Shown here: positions 29,280-39,780 of the stretch, piece after piece
Numbering within the stretch: the first letter of the stretch is position 1
How the letters are laid out: every line of letters begins with the position of its first letter
NCBI GenBank assembly: GCA_902762495.1
Contig: CACWOL010000004.1
Coordinates: 355-64,354 of the forward strand
Length of the DNA: 64,000 nt
Direction: 5' to 3'
Origin: an uncultured bacterium
GTDB lineage: Bacteria > Verrucomicrobiota > Lentisphaeria > Victivallales > UBA1829
The notes under the pieces: model-generated
The model's database searches: none
The model's input: the letters and a program-made list of their open reading frames with translations, nothing else
Told to the model about the DNA's origin: nothing
Program-made: the position numbers and the translations under genes

Positions 29280-29966
29280 ATGAGCATCTTCAAGGAATTT
29301 ACCAAAGGATTCTGGAAAGAAAACCCGGTCCTCGTCCTCGTCCTGGGCATGTGCCCCACGCTCGCCACGTCCTCCGACGCGGTGAAGGGACTCGCCATGG
29401 GACTCGCCACCACGTTCGTGCTGATGGGCAGCAACCTGGTGATCTCGGTCATCCGCAAGCTCGTCCCCGGCAAGATCCGCATCCCGTGCTACATCGTGGT
29501 CATCGCCACGTTCGTGACTGTCGTGAAGCTCCTCATGCAGGCGTTCGCGCCCGAAGCGTACCAGACGCTCGGCATCTTCCTGCCGCTGATCGTCGTGAAC
29601 TGCATCGTGCTCGGCCGCGCCGAGGCGTTCGCATCGAAGAACGGCCTGCTGGCGTCCGCCGCCGACGGCCTCGGCATGGGACTCGGCTTCACGCTCGTGC
29701 TCGTCTGCCTCGGCTGCATCCGCGAATTCCTCGCCGCCGGAACCCTCTTCGGCATCAGCATGCAGTGCTGGGACAACGGGTTCGCGATCATGGGTCAGGC
29801 CCCCGGCGGATTCATCCTCCTCGGCCTCATCCTCGCCGGCATGAACCTCCTGAACATGCACAAGGCGAAAAAGGCCGGTGTCAAGTACGAGCCGCCCGCC
29901 GAGTTCGACTGCCGCCACTGCTCCATCTGCAAGCTCAGCACCGAAGAACCTGCCAAAACGAAATAA
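29280..29966 (+). CDS. rnfE: Rnf complex subunit E
   Basis: ENPVLVLVLGMCPTLA and LPLIVVNCIVLGRAEAFA motifs. Confidence 0.96.
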   Translation: MSIFKEFTKGFWKENPVLVLVLGMCPTLATSSDAVKGLAMGLATTFVLMGSNLVISVIRKLVPGKIRIPCYIVVIATFVTVVKLLMQAFAPEAYQTLGIFLPLIVVNCIVLGRAEAFASKNGLLASAADGLGMGLGFTLVLVCLGCIREFLAAGTLFGISMQCWDNGFAIMGQAPGGFILLGLILAGMNLLNMHKAKKAGVKYEPPAEFDCRHCSICKLSTEEPAKTK

Positions 29967-29972
29967 CCCTCC

Positions 29973-32003
29973 GTGATTCTCCCGGTCGTCGATCATGAAC
30001 TGAAAGAGGTCGCTCTTTCGGACGCTCTCCCGCGCACCGCCGCCTTCTTCTCCGAGGACACCCCTCTGAAGCGGGCGGAGGAGTACGGCGGCCGCCCGTA
30101 CGAACGCCGCGAACAGCAGACGGAGATGGCGTGCGCCGTCGCCGAGGCGTTCCAGAACGGGCGCAACCTGCTGGTCGAAGCCCCGACCGGAGTCGGCAAG
30201 AGTTTCGCGTACCTCGTCCCCGCGATCTACCACGCCAAGGCTATGCACCAGTGCGTGCTGATCACCACCGAGACCATCAACCTCCAGGAACAGCTCGCGA
30301 AGAAGGACCTGCCGCTTCTGCAGGACCTCCTCGACGTCGAGTTCACGTTCGCCATCGCCAAGGGGCGCAGCAACTATCTCTGCAAACGCCGCCTCGCGCT
30401 CGCCGCGGGCAGCCACCGCGACGAGATCCTCCCCGCGGACGCCCCGGTCAACGAGCTCCAGAACCTCATGGACTGGGCCCGCACCACCCACGACGGCACG
30501 CTCTCCGACATCCCGTTCCGCGTGAATCCCCACCTATGGACCAGCGTCTGCTGCGAAACCAGCACCTGCCTCGGCCCGAAGTGCCTGAACTTCCATTCCT
30601 GCTTCTACTGGCGCGCGCGACATTCGTGGGACAAGGCCGACCTGCTCATCACGAACCACGCGCTCTTCTTCACCAACCTGAAGATCAGCCGCATTGAGGA
30701 GCAGGAGAACTGCCCCCTGCCCGAACACTGCGCCGTCGTGTTCGACGAGGCGCACACGCTGGAAGACAACGCCGCGAACCACCTCGGTCTCCACATTTAC
30801 TCCTCCGCCGTCCGCGGCACCCTGAACCGGCTGTTCAATCCGGTCAGCGGGCGCGGCCTGCTGATGAAGCCCGGCGAGGACTCCATGCAGGTCCGAAACA
30901 GCATCGCGAACGCGCACGAGGCGCTGACCGACTTCTTCGCGCAGTTCGACGAAACGCTCGACAAGTCCCCGGAGCAGACCTTCCGCCTCTCCCAGCCGGG
31001 GAGATTCCGCGACCTCGTTTCCGACAACATCCTGGACGTCGAGACCATCGCGCGGACCTACGCGGACAATCAGGACGACGCCGGATTCCGACTCGAACTG
31101 GAGGCCCAGCTCGAACACTGCATGAGCTACCGCGAGGAGCTGGACCAGTTTTTAAACATGTCCCTGCCCGAACAGGTCTACTGGGTCGAGGGCCACAAAT
31201 CCGGATTCAGCCGCATGCGCCAGACCGAACTCGCCTCCGCCCCGCTCAACGTCTCCGAGCTCCTCCATGACCTGCTTTTCGACTCCGGCAAGCCGATCAT
31301 CCTCACCAGCGCCACGCTCGCCGTGCACGGGTCCCTCACCTACTACGCCCGCCGGGTCGGGTTCCACGGCGGTGAAGGGCTCATCCTCGACTCGCCGTTC
31401 GACTACGGCAAACAGGTCCGGCTGTATCTCACGAAGGACATGCCGCAGCCGGGCGAACGCGAGTTCAACGACGCGGCGGCGGAAAAGATCAGGATGTTCG
31501 TGGAGAAGACCAACGGCAGCGCGTTCGTGCTGTTCACGAGCTACAATATGCTCAAATACTGTTCGGACAGGCTCTCGCGCGGCTTCCTCTCGAAAGGCAT
31601 CAACCTGCTGGTCCACGGCGAATCGCTCTCCCGGTCCGCCATGATCTCCGAGTTCAAAAAGGTCAAGTCCTCGGTCATCTTCGGCGCGACCAGCTTCTGG
31701 ACCGGCGTCGACGTCCCCGGCGACGCCCTCAGCAACGTCATCATCACCAAGCTCCCGTTCGCCGTCCCCACGCATCCGCTCATCCAGGCGCGCTGCGAAC
31801 GCATCCAGCGCCTCGGCGGCAACCCGTTCGGCGACTACTCGATCCCGGACGCCGTCCTGAAGTTCCGGCAGGGCATCGGCCGCCTCATCCGCAGCAAGAC
31901 CGACACCGGCATCATCGTGGTGCTCGACCCGCGCATCATGACGAAGAGTTACGGCCGGTCCTTCCTCGAATCCATCCCCTCGTGCCCCATCGAACACTTC
32001 TAA
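29973..32003 (+). CDS. DinG/YoaA family ATP-dependent helicase (Fe-S)
   Basis: EAPTGVGKS, KGRSNYLC, DEAH, TSATL and FWTGVDVPG motifs. Confidence 0.93.
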   Translation: MILPVVDHELKEVALSDALPRTAAFFSEDTPLKRAEEYGGRPYERREQQTEMACAVAEAFQNGRNLLVEAPTGVGKSFAYLVPAIYHAKAMHQCVLITTETINLQEQLAKKDLPLLQDLLDVEFTFAIAKGRSNYLCKRRLALAAGSHRDEILPADAPVNELQNLMDWARTTHDGTLSDIPFRVNPHLWTSVCCETSTCLGPKCLNFHSCFYWRARHSWDKADLLITNHALFFTNLKISRIEEQENCPLPEHCAVVFDEAHTLEDNAANHLGLHIYSSAVRGTLNRLFNPVSGRGLLMKPGEDSMQVRNSIANAHEALTDFFAQFDETLDKSPEQTFRLSQPGRFRDLVSDNILDVETIARTYADNQDDAGFRLELEAQLEHCMSYREELDQFLNMSLPEQVYWVEGHKSGFSRMRQTELASAPLNVSELLHDLLFDSGKPIILTSATLAVHGSLTYYARRVGFHGGEGLILDSPFDYGKQVRLYLTKDMPQPGEREFNDAAAEKIRMFVEKTNGSAFVLFTSYNMLKYCSDRLSRGFLSKGINLLVHGESLSRSAMISEFKKVKSSVIFGATSFWTGVDVPGDALSNVIITKLPFAVPTHPLIQARCERIQRLGGNPFGDYSIPDAVLKFRQGIGRLIRSKTDTGIIVVLDPRIMTKSYGRSFLESIPSCPIEHF

Positions 32004-32100
32004 TTCCGTTTTTTCAGTGCATTCATTTGCCACATGCGCGTTTCCGCGTTATATTATGCGGAAAAAACGCATTCTTTTCCGTACAAAACAGGAGCAACCC

Positions 32101-34275
32101 ATGAAACCCCACCTGACAGGAGCGCTTCTTATGACCGCCGCAGTCTTCTCCGCCGCCGATTTTGGACTTTCCGCCCAGTCCGACGCCCCCGCGGACGCCC
32201 CCGCGACGATCCGGTGCACGTTCCAGCCGTACGTCAAGCCCGAAATCCTCACGGACCACCTCAATCTCGGCGGAAAGAATCCGTCCGGCGGCGAGATCGG
32301 CATCAACAGCCTGTACCTCACGCGCGACGGCAAACCGTGGATCCCGGTCATGGGCGAACTGCATTTCTCCCGCGTCCCGCGCGACCAGTGGCCCGCCGAG
32401 CTCGCAAAACTGAAAGCGGGCGGCGTCACGGTCGTCTCGACCTATCTTTTCTGGATTCACCACGAAGAAGTCGAGGGCGAACTCAGTTTCTCCGGCAATC
32501 TCTCCATCCGCGATTTCGTGCTGGAGGCGCAGAAACAGGGCCTCGAGGTCGTCGTGCGTCCCGGCCCCTGGGCGCACGGCGAATGTCGCAACGGCGGCTT
32601 CCCTGACTGGCTCATGAAGAAGCCGTTCCGGCTCCGCACGAACAACGACGGTTATCTGGCCGAGGTACGCCGCTGGTATGGCGCCATCGGAAAAGAGCTC
32701 AAGGGCCTCTTCTACGGCGATGGCGGACCGATCATCGGACTCCAGCTTGAAAATGAGCTCACGGGCAACGCCGCTCACCTCGAAACGCTCCGCACCATCG
32801 CCATCGAATCCGGCATGAACCCGCCGCTCTTCACCGCCACAGGCTGGAACGCCGCGGAGGGCGCGCGCATCCCGCTCACCGGTGTGCTGCCGGTCTTCGG
32901 CGGCTACTGCGACGCTCCGTGGAACAACGGCACTCGGCCGCTCCCGCCCTCGCCTCACTTCTTCTTCAACCGGATGCGGAATGACACCGCCATCGGCGCG
33001 GACCTGATGCCGACCACCCGCACCGGACGCGACGGCTGGCGGCTGCCCTACGAACGCTATCCTTTCGCGACCTGCGAGATCGGCGGCGGCCTCGAAAGCA
33101 CGCACCACCGCCGCTACATCATCCAGCCGTTCGACGTCTACGCGCCCGCGCTCATCAAAGTCGGAAGCGGCTGCAACCTGCCCGGCTACTACATGTACCA
33201 CGGCGGAACGAACCCCGTCGGCAGGCTCTCGACGTTCCAGGAATCGAAGGCGTCCGGCTACCCGAACGACGTCCCGATGCTGTCCTACGACTTCCAGACG
33301 CCCGTCTCGGAGTACGGCGAGATACGCCCCTCCTACCGCCTCCTGAACATGATGCACCTCTTCCTGGAGGACTTCGGCGACAGGCTCGCCCCGATGCCCG
33401 CGTTCGACTCCACGATCCCCGTGAAGCGCGACGACACGACGACCATACGCGCGGGCCTCCGTACCGACGGGAAATCCGGCTTCGTCTTCGTGAACCACTA
33501 CCAGCGCCGCTCGAAACTCGCCGACCTGGAGAACGTCGTGTTCGACACCGGTTCGGTCGTATTCCCCGCCATCGACGTCGTGGGCGACATCGCGTTCTTC
33601 CTGCCGTTCAACATGGACCTCAACGGCGAGATGCTGGAATACGCCACGGCGCAGCCCGTCTGCCGCATGGGCGACACGTTCTTCTTCGCGGCCATCCCCG
33701 GCGTCATGACCGAATACAAGTTCGCGGACGGCACATGGGAGGCCGGACCAATCTTCAAGCATGGGAAGATTCGGATTCAAACGCTCCCATGGAAAGATGC
33801 GCTGGGGCTCCGGCGGCTCGGCGGCGAGCTGTATTTCTCGCGCGACTGCGACCTGATCCGCGTGGAAGGCGACAACCCGGACGTGCGCCCCGTCCAGACC
33901 GGCGCGTACGACGCCAGGAAATGGAACGGCGAGAAATTCACGGACCTCCGGGTCGGCGTCCGCACGATCCGCCCCGTGCTGAAGATCACCGATCTGGACA
34001 AAGCCCCGTTCGAGCTCCCGGAGATGTTCGCGCCCGAACTCAAACTGGGCGGGGAGCGTCCGTTGATCTGGAAGAAACTTGACGTGAAGGGCACGAGCGG
34101 CTTCGTCGAACTTGATTTCAAGTACGACGTCGCGCAGATCTACGCCGACGGCAAGCTCGTGGCGGACCAGTACGACTGCGGATTCCCGTGGCGCATCCCG
34201 GCCTCGCTCCTGAACGGAAAAGAATGCTATCTGGTCATGTCGCCGCGTTACGACCGCGTCTATAGGGAAGACTGA
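32101..34275 (+). CDS. Secreted GH35 beta-galactosidase
   Basis: GELHFSR, YLFWIHHEE, RPGPWAHGE, LQLENE and YYMYHGGTN motifs. Confidence 0.9.
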   Translation: MKPHLTGALLMTAAVFSAADFGLSAQSDAPADAPATIRCTFQPYVKPEILTDHLNLGGKNPSGGEIGINSLYLTRDGKPWIPVMGELHFSRVPRDQWPAELAKLKAGGVTVVSTYLFWIHHEEVEGELSFSGNLSIRDFVLEAQKQGLEVVVRPGPWAHGECRNGGFPDWLMKKPFRLRTNNDGYLAEVRRWYGAIGKELKGLFYGDGGPIIGLQLENELTGNAAHLETLRTIAIESGMNPPLFTATGWNAAEGARIPLTGVLPVFGGYCDAPWNNGTRPLPPSPHFFFNRMRNDTAIGADLMPTTRTGRDGWRLPYERYPFATCEIGGGLESTHHRRYIIQPFDVYAPALIKVGSGCNLPGYYMYHGGTNPVGRLSTFQESKASGYPNDVPMLSYDFQTPVSEYGEIRPSYRLLNMMHLFLEDFGDRLAPMPAFDSTIPVKRDDTTTIRAGLRTDGKSGFVFVNHYQRRSKLADLENVVFDTGSVVFPAIDVVGDIAFFLPFNMDLNGEMLEYATAQPVCRMGDTFFFAAIPGVMTEYKFADGTWEAGPIFKHGKIRIQTLPWKDALGLRRLGGELYFSRDCDLIRVEGDNPDVRPVQTGAYDARKWNGEKFTDLRVGVRTIRPVLKITDLDKAPFELPEMFAPELKLGGERPLIWKKLDVKGTSGFVELDFKYDVAQIYADGKLVADQYDCGFPWRIPASLLNGKECYLVMSPRYDRVYRED

Positions 34276-34298
34276 ACTCGCCCCCTGCCCCGGCAGAT

Positions 34299-34877
34299 TC
34301 AGCGGGCGGCCTTGTCCGTGCGCTCGATCTGAAGAAAATTCGCCGCGCCGAGCTGACGGATCCCTGTGAGCTTCCACGGGCCGGACGGCGGACGCAGGGC
34401 GCACTGGAAATCGGGCAGTTCCCAGTAGAAGACTGCGCCGCGCGTCCAGTCGTTGAACGTCCCGTCCGAGGTCAGCGCCGCCAGCATCTCCATGGACTTG
34501 GCGTAGGGCGGATCGGCGAACACGATGTCCGGGCACGGCGGCAGGATCCGCACTTTCAGCGAGGCGGGCAGCGTGCCCGGCACGACCTGAAGTCGCGCGG
34601 GCGATTTCGTATGCTCGAACCGGGCGATGTTGTGCCGGATGAGCGCAAGCGCGTCGGGCGACTCCTCGGCGAAGACCACCGTGGATGCGCCGCGGCTGGC
34701 GGCCTCCAGCCCCATGCAGCCGGACCCGGCGAAGAGGTCGGCGAACGTCTTCCCCCCGATGGAGCCGATGCTGTCGAAGAACGCCCGGCGGGCGCGCACC
34801 GAGGTCGGACGCACACCGCGTCCTTCGGGCAGTTCGCCCAGTTTCAGTCCCAGCGCGGTCCCGGCGGTGATTTCCAT
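34299..34877 (-). CDS. rsmD: 16S rRNA G966 methyltransferase, RsmD family
   Basis: RPTS, DLFAGSG, EAASRGA and FADPPY motifs. Confidence 0.88.
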   Translation of the reverse strand: MEITAGTALGLKLGELPEGRGVRPTSVRARRAFFDSIGSIGGKTFADLFAGSGCMGLEAASRGASTVVFAEESPDALALIRHNIARFEHTKSPARLQVVPGTLPASLKVRILPPCPDIVFADPPYAKSMEMLAALTSDGTFNDWTRGAVFYWELPDFQCALRPPSGPWKLTGIRQLGAANFLQIERTDKAAR

Positions 34878-35141
34878 GGTTTCGGCTCCTGTTTTTTCAT
34901 GATGGCGGCGGACGGAATCGCCGGAGCGAAGTATCGCCTCCGGCATACTTAATATGCCCCGTTTTGACGGAAAATGCAATCTTTCCACGAAAAAAAACGC
35001 ATTTTTCGTGCTTTCGGGCTTGCATTTCCCGAACAATGGGCTATCTTAGCGGGTATAAGAGTTTCCGGCGCATCCGCGCCCGTTATTCGACAACATCAGA
35101 CATTCATCATAACACACAAACCTGAAAAGGAACCCCGAACC

Positions 35142-35417
35142 ATGATCACCGCAATCATTCTGGTCAACGTCGAACGTCAGAGCCTCGCAGCCGTCACGAA
35201 AGAAATCCTCGCCGTCGACGGCATCGTCGAAGTCCACGCAGTCGTCGGTGAATACGACCTCGCCGCCATCGCCCGCGTGAAAGATCAGCAGCAGCTCTCC
35301 GCAATCATCGCCGACAAGATGTGCAACCAGATCCCCGGCATCACCCATACGAAGACCCTCCTCTCCCTCAACGCGCAGTACAACTACGACGCCGCGAAGG
35401 CCTACGGGATGGAATAA
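35142..35417 (+). CDS. Stand-alone Lrp/AsnC ligand-binding (RAM) domain protein
   Basis: MITAIILVNVE..EVHAVVGEYDL..PGITHTKT; AAAAGGAA RBS. Confidence 0.85.
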   Translation: MITAIILVNVERQSLAAVTKEILAVDGIVEVHAVVGEYDLAAIARVKDQQQLSAIIADKMCNQIPGITHTKTLLSLNAQYNYDAAKAYGME

Positions 35418-35651
35418 AAACTGCCCGCACCGCGGGTGATGCACTGCATGGACGGCGCCGTCATGACGCCGTCCCATTTTTCGGCCTTTTTCATGTTTCC
35501 GGCCTGTTTTTTCGCGTTTTCTTTAGAAAGTCGCGTTTTTTTCTAAAAAAAAGACACGTTTTTTTCCGGTTCGGATTTGAAATTCCGGCAAACAGGATGT
35601 AGTGTACATATTGTATCAGATAATTTTCACGCAATTACAGGAGTCCCGGTA

Positions 35652-37118
35652 ATGAGCAAAGCCAGCAAGGTCATCAATATTTTTATTTTCGTCTTTGCGA
35701 TCGTCGTGGTCGTCTTCGGCGTGCTTCTCTTCCAGAAGAGGGAGCAGATCACCCAGGCGCGGTCGGACATCGCCCGCACGGTGGAAAAGGTCTCCGGCAA
35801 GATCGATCCGTCCGCGGCCATCCCCGCCGACGACCTCAAGATCAGCAAGACCCCGGCCGAGGTCAAGGAAGCCATGGTCAAGCTGGAATCCGCGGTCGAA
35901 AAGATCGTCAAGCAGCGCAACGCCATCGCCGAGAACCTCACCGACGTGACCAACGCCGTGCTTGAAAAGGCGTTCTACGGCGAAGGCGACGAGCCGTTCA
36001 TCGTCGAGTCCGGCAGCCTGACCAACTACAAGACCACCGACGGCACCCTCGCCGAGATCAAGACCCATATCGGCGAACGCATGGAATACTTCAACGTCCG
36101 CGACAAGCACCTCTCCGAGTTCATGTCCAAGGACGGCGCCAACCTCGGCATGCCCGCCAGAAACTACGCGTTCTCCGCGGACAACGCCAAGCTCGCGAAC
36201 GCCCTCAACGAACTCCTCGCGAAGACGAACGACACCGTCGAACGCATGAAAGCCTTCCGCGGCCACATCGTCACCATCTCCGGCCAGATCTCTCCCGACT
36301 CCAAGGAGCTCGATCTGAACTCCCAGGAATACAACCGCCTCCTCCGCGAAAACGTCACCACGATCGAAGAGTTCGTCAACCGGCACAACCAGCTGATCAA
36401 GGACAACGAAGAACTCCGCATCCGCGTGGAACGTGCGGAGGTCAGCCTCGGAACGGCGGACGAAAACACCGCCAATTTCAAGCGCGTCGCCGAGGAGCTT
36501 TCCCAGAAGCTCGCCGAAGCGGAAAAAGAAATCATCCGCCTCAGAAAGATCATCGACCCGACCGGTTCCGGCGAGGAAAATGCCATCAACATCGACTTCG
36601 CTGTCCTGAAGGACCTCGTCGGCAAAGTCGTTTACGTGAATGAGCAGTACGGCTACATCACCGTCGATATCGGTTCCGAAAGCAACGTGATCCGTTCCAA
36701 CGGTGAACGTCTCCGCGCCGCCGTTCCGGAAGGCGCCGTCCTGACCATCGCGACCAGCCTTGAACCCGAGACCGCCAAGTTCATCTGCAAAGCGCAGGTC
36801 ATCCGTCTCCGCGCCAATGCCTCCGTCGCCACCATCCTCGCTTCCCCCGGCGGTTCCTTCACCTATCCGAGCGTCGGCGACGTGGTCTACTTCTCGCAGG
36901 CTGACATCGCGACCATGAAGTCCGCATACGCAGAAAAACTGCGCAAGGAAGCCGAAGACCGCGCCGCCCTCGAACAGGCGCAGTCCATGCAGGACTTCAA
37001 CGACATCATGACCGGCGAAGACGAATCCGACGATACCGGCATCGACACGGGCGACGACTTCCTCAACGAAGAAGACGACCTCGGCCTCGACGACGACGGC
37101 TTCGGCGAGGAAGAATAA
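35652..37118 (+). CDS. Membrane-anchored coiled-coil protein with a beta-rich C-terminal domain and acidic tail
   Basis: N-terminal TM, coiled coil, GKVVYVNEQYGYITVDIG, D/E-rich end; strong host codon bias. Confidence 0.8.
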   Translation: MSKASKVINIFIFVFAIVVVVFGVLLFQKREQITQARSDIARTVEKVSGKIDPSAAIPADDLKISKTPAEVKEAMVKLESAVEKIVKQRNAIAENLTDVTNAVLEKAFYGEGDEPFIVESGSLTNYKTTDGTLAEIKTHIGERMEYFNVRDKHLSEFMSKDGANLGMPARNYAFSADNAKLANALNELLAKTNDTVERMKAFRGHIVTISGQISPDSKELDLNSQEYNRLLRENVTTIEEFVNRHNQLIKDNEELRIRVERAEVSLGTADENTANFKRVAEELSQKLAEAEKEIIRLRKIIDPTGSGEENAINIDFAVLKDLVGKVVYVNEQYGYITVDIGSESNVIRSNGERLRAAVPEGAVLTIATSLEPETAKFICKAQVIRLRANASVATILASPGGSFTYPSVGDVVYFSQADIATMKSAYAEKLRKEAEDRAALEQAQSMQDFNDIMTGEDESDDTGIDTGDDFLNEEDDLGLDDDGFGEEE

Positions 37119-37148
37119 TCTCCGACCTCAAACAGGAAAGGCACTCAC

Positions 37149-37256
37149 ATGTTCAGATCCAAGTTCTTTCTTGCAGTCGCGGCGATTACGCTCCTCGTCC
37201 TCATCGCCACGGTCGTCATGCAGGTCATGGAAATGCGCGAGTACATGATGTTCTGA
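37149..37256 (+). CDS. 35-aa single-TM small protein (absent from the ORF track)
   Basis: CAGGAAAGG RBS; MFRSKFFLAVAAITLLVLIATVVMQVMEMREYMMF; host-type codons. Confidence 0.65.
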   Translation: MFRSKFFLAVAAITLLVLIATVVMQVMEMREYMMF

Positions 37257-37456
37257 CGCCATGATGCTCCGTTATCTCATCCTCAGCATTCTCGCGGCGG
37301 CGCTTTTTCTGAGCGCCGCCGCTTGTTCTACCCCGCAGGAGCGCTCCGGCCGCAATCCGAAGCCGTTCAACTCCCCCGCCGCTTGGGAGACCAATCCCTA
37401 CGGCGACGTGTTCCGCAACTGATTTTCCGCACCACCTTTCCACGCGAGGTCCCGTC

Positions 37457-38311
37457 ATGTCCTCCGCCTCCACGCTTCATTTCGACGTCATCGGCGACCC
37501 CATTGGCCATTCCAAGTCCCCGCTCATGCACAACGCCGCGTTCCGCGCGCTCGGCATCGACGCCGACTACACGGCGGTCCACGTTACGCGCGAGGGTCTG
37601 CCCGCTTTCCTCGAATCCGCCCGGACCACGCTCAGCGGATTCAACATCACCGTCCCCCACAAAAACGCCGTGATCCCGTTCCTCGACGGCATCACCCCGC
37701 GCGCCGCGCTCGCGGGCAGCGTCAATACGGTCTCCGTCCGCGACGGCAAGCTCTTCGGCGACACGACCGACGCGACCGGGCTGGAACGTGCCGTGCAGGA
37801 GGTCTTCGGGCTTCGGCTGAAGGGCGCGAACGTCTGCATCCTCGGCTGCGGCGGCGTGGTCCGTGCGCTGGCGTTCCATCTGGCGGACGCCAGTTGCGCC
37901 CGCCTCTGCATCCTGAACCGCACGGCGGAAAAAGCCGCGCTGCTCACGGACGAGATTCTGAAGCACGCCCCTGTGTTCGACTGCAGATTCGCCGCGCTCG
38001 ACGATCTTCCGTCCGTAAAGAAGGCGCTCGACGGCACAGGTCTGGTCATCCAGTGCACCAGCCTCGGACTCCGCGATGGCGACGGCTCGCCGATCGACCC
38101 GGATTTGATCCCCTCCTCCGCCTGCCTCTTCGACACCATCTACCGCGAAACGGACATTCTGGTCCGCTGCCGCAAACGCGGACTCCGCGTCTCCGGCGGT
38201 CTGCCGATGCTCGTGCATCAGGGCGCGGAATCGTTCCGCATCTGGACCGGCCGGGAGGCTCCGGTGGACGTCATGCGCGCCGCCGCTGAAGGAGGACAAG
38301 TCCTCCACTGA
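37457..38311 (+). CDS. aroE: Shikimate dehydrogenase
   Basis: GDPIGHSKSPLMHN, GFNITVPHK, SVNT and MLVHQGAESF motifs. Confidence 0.95.
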   Translation: MSSASTLHFDVIGDPIGHSKSPLMHNAAFRALGIDADYTAVHVTREGLPAFLESARTTLSGFNITVPHKNAVIPFLDGITPRAALAGSVNTVSVRDGKLFGDTTDATGLERAVQEVFGLRLKGANVCILGCGGVVRALAFHLADASCARLCILNRTAEKAALLTDEILKHAPVFDCRFAALDDLPSVKKALDGTGLVIQCTSLGLRDGDGSPIDPDLIPSSACLFDTIYRETDILVRCRKRGLRVSGGLPMLVHQGAESFRIWTGREAPVDVMRAAAEGGQVLH

Positions 38312-38332
38312 AGTAATACGCTGCTTCGCTCG
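38291..38332. repeat. GTGG-tagged REP-like palindrome, copy B (inverted relative to A)
   Basis: GGAGGACAAGTCCTCCACTG-12 nt-GCTTCGCTCG. Confidence 0.75.
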
Positions 38333-38465
38333 CGCACGAAAATTATGCGTGTTTTCCGCCACAAAAACACGCTTTGGATTTGCATTCCGCCGATTTTGTG
38401 ATATATTATTTAATTCAAGATGTTGATTCATACCATATCATAACTGCTAACCAAGGAGTCTTATC

Positions 38466-38645
38466 ATGGCAGTCCCGAAACGCAAAGTCTCGAAAATGAA
38501 ACGCCGCCAGCGCCAGGCCGCGAACCGTTACGAAGGCGTTCAGGCTTCGTTCTGCAAGGAATGCGGCAAGCCCGTCGCTCCGCACTCCGTCTGCACCGCC
38601 TGCGGCATGTACAAAGGCCGCCAGGTCCTGACCGTCGCCGAGTAA
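38466..38645 (+). CDS. rpmF: 50S ribosomal protein L32 (absent from the ORF track)
   Basis: MAVPKRKVSKMKRRQRQAA...CKECG..PHSVCTACGMYKGRQVL; directly upstream of plsX. Confidence 0.97.
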   Translation: MAVPKRKVSKMKRRQRQAANRYEGVQASFCKECGKPVAPHSVCTACGMYKGRQVLTVAE

Positions 38646-38690
38646 TTTCCCGAGCAATATTCCCCCTCAAATCCAACCGGAGTCGTTTCG

Positions 38691-39755
38691 ATGAGGATCG
38701 CGGTTGATGCAATGGGCGGCGATTACGCGCCCGCCGTCGTGGTCGAAGCCGTCGCCGACGCCCTGCGGATGATCCCTGATGTGGAGATCCTGCTCGTCGG
38801 TCACCTGGAAAAACTCGCCTATTACCTTCAGAAAGAACACCTGAAGGAAGGTCCGCGTCTCCAGCTCGTCCACGCCGAGGAAGTCGTCGAAATGGGCGAA
38901 CCCTCGACCACCTCGATCCGCGCAAAGAAACACTCCTCCATCACGGTCTGCGCCACGCTTGCCGCCGAAGGCAAGGCCGACGCGGTCATCTCCGCCGGAC
39001 ACACCGGCGCGGCCGTGGCGGCGTCCAAGGTCAAGATGCGCATCCTGAAGGGCGTCGACCGCCCCGCCATCGCGACCTTCATGCCCGCGGTCGGCGGCAG
39101 GTTCATCCTGGTCGACGCCGGCGCGAACACCGACTGCACGCCGCTGAACCTCGCGCAGTTCGCCATCTTCGGCGAGGTCTACGCGCAGATGTTCCAGAAC
39201 ATCGAAAAGCCGCGCATCGGCCTGATCTCCGTCGGCGGCGAGGACATCAAGGGCAACGAACTCACCAAGGAAGCGTTCAAGATCCTCTCGAACATGCCCA
39301 TCAACTTCGTGGGCAACGTCGAGGGGCACGACATGTTCTTCCACAGCGCCGACGTCGTCGTCTGCGACGGCTTCTCCGGCAACCTCGTCCTGAAGACCGC
39401 CGAAAGCATCGCCTCCGCCATCCGGCACTGGCTGAAGGAAAGCATCATGAAGAATGCCATCCGGAAGACTGGCGCTCTGCTCGCGCAACAGGCGTTCGCC
39501 GATGTGAAGGCCATCAGCAATTTCGAAGAGTACGGCGGAGCCCCGCTCCTCGGACTCAACGGCGTCTGCATCATCGGACACGGCGCGTCCACGCCGAAGG
39601 CCGTCCGCAACGCCATCAAGGTCGCGAACGATTTCGCGAAGCGCGGCCTCCCGAGCCGCATTTCCGAGCGCATCACCGAGTGCGGCATCGAATTCGCGCC
39701 GCCTCAGCACCGCACGCCCCCGCCCGATCAGCCGCCGCTGACCACGCATCTCTGA
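38691..39755 (+). CDS. plsX: Phosphate acyltransferase PlsX
   Basis: MRIAVDAMGGDYAP, DAGAN, VVCDGFSGN and GGAPLLG motifs. Confidence 0.96.
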   Translation: MRIAVDAMGGDYAPAVVVEAVADALRMIPDVEILLVGHLEKLAYYLQKEHLKEGPRLQLVHAEEVVEMGEPSTTSIRAKKHSSITVCATLAAEGKADAVISAGHTGAAVAASKVKMRILKGVDRPAIATFMPAVGGRFILVDAGANTDCTPLNLAQFAIFGEVYAQMFQNIEKPRIGLISVGGEDIKGNELTKEAFKILSNMPINFVGNVEGHDMFFHSADVVVCDGFSGNLVLKTAESIASAIRHWLKESIMKNAIRKTGALLAQQAFADVKAISNFEEYGGAPLLGLNGVCIIGHGASTPKAVRNAIKVANDFAKRGLPSRISERITECGIEFAPPQHRTPPPDQPPLTTHL

Positions 39756-39780
39756 TGCCCGCCGAGGGAGAGGCCCGGAC

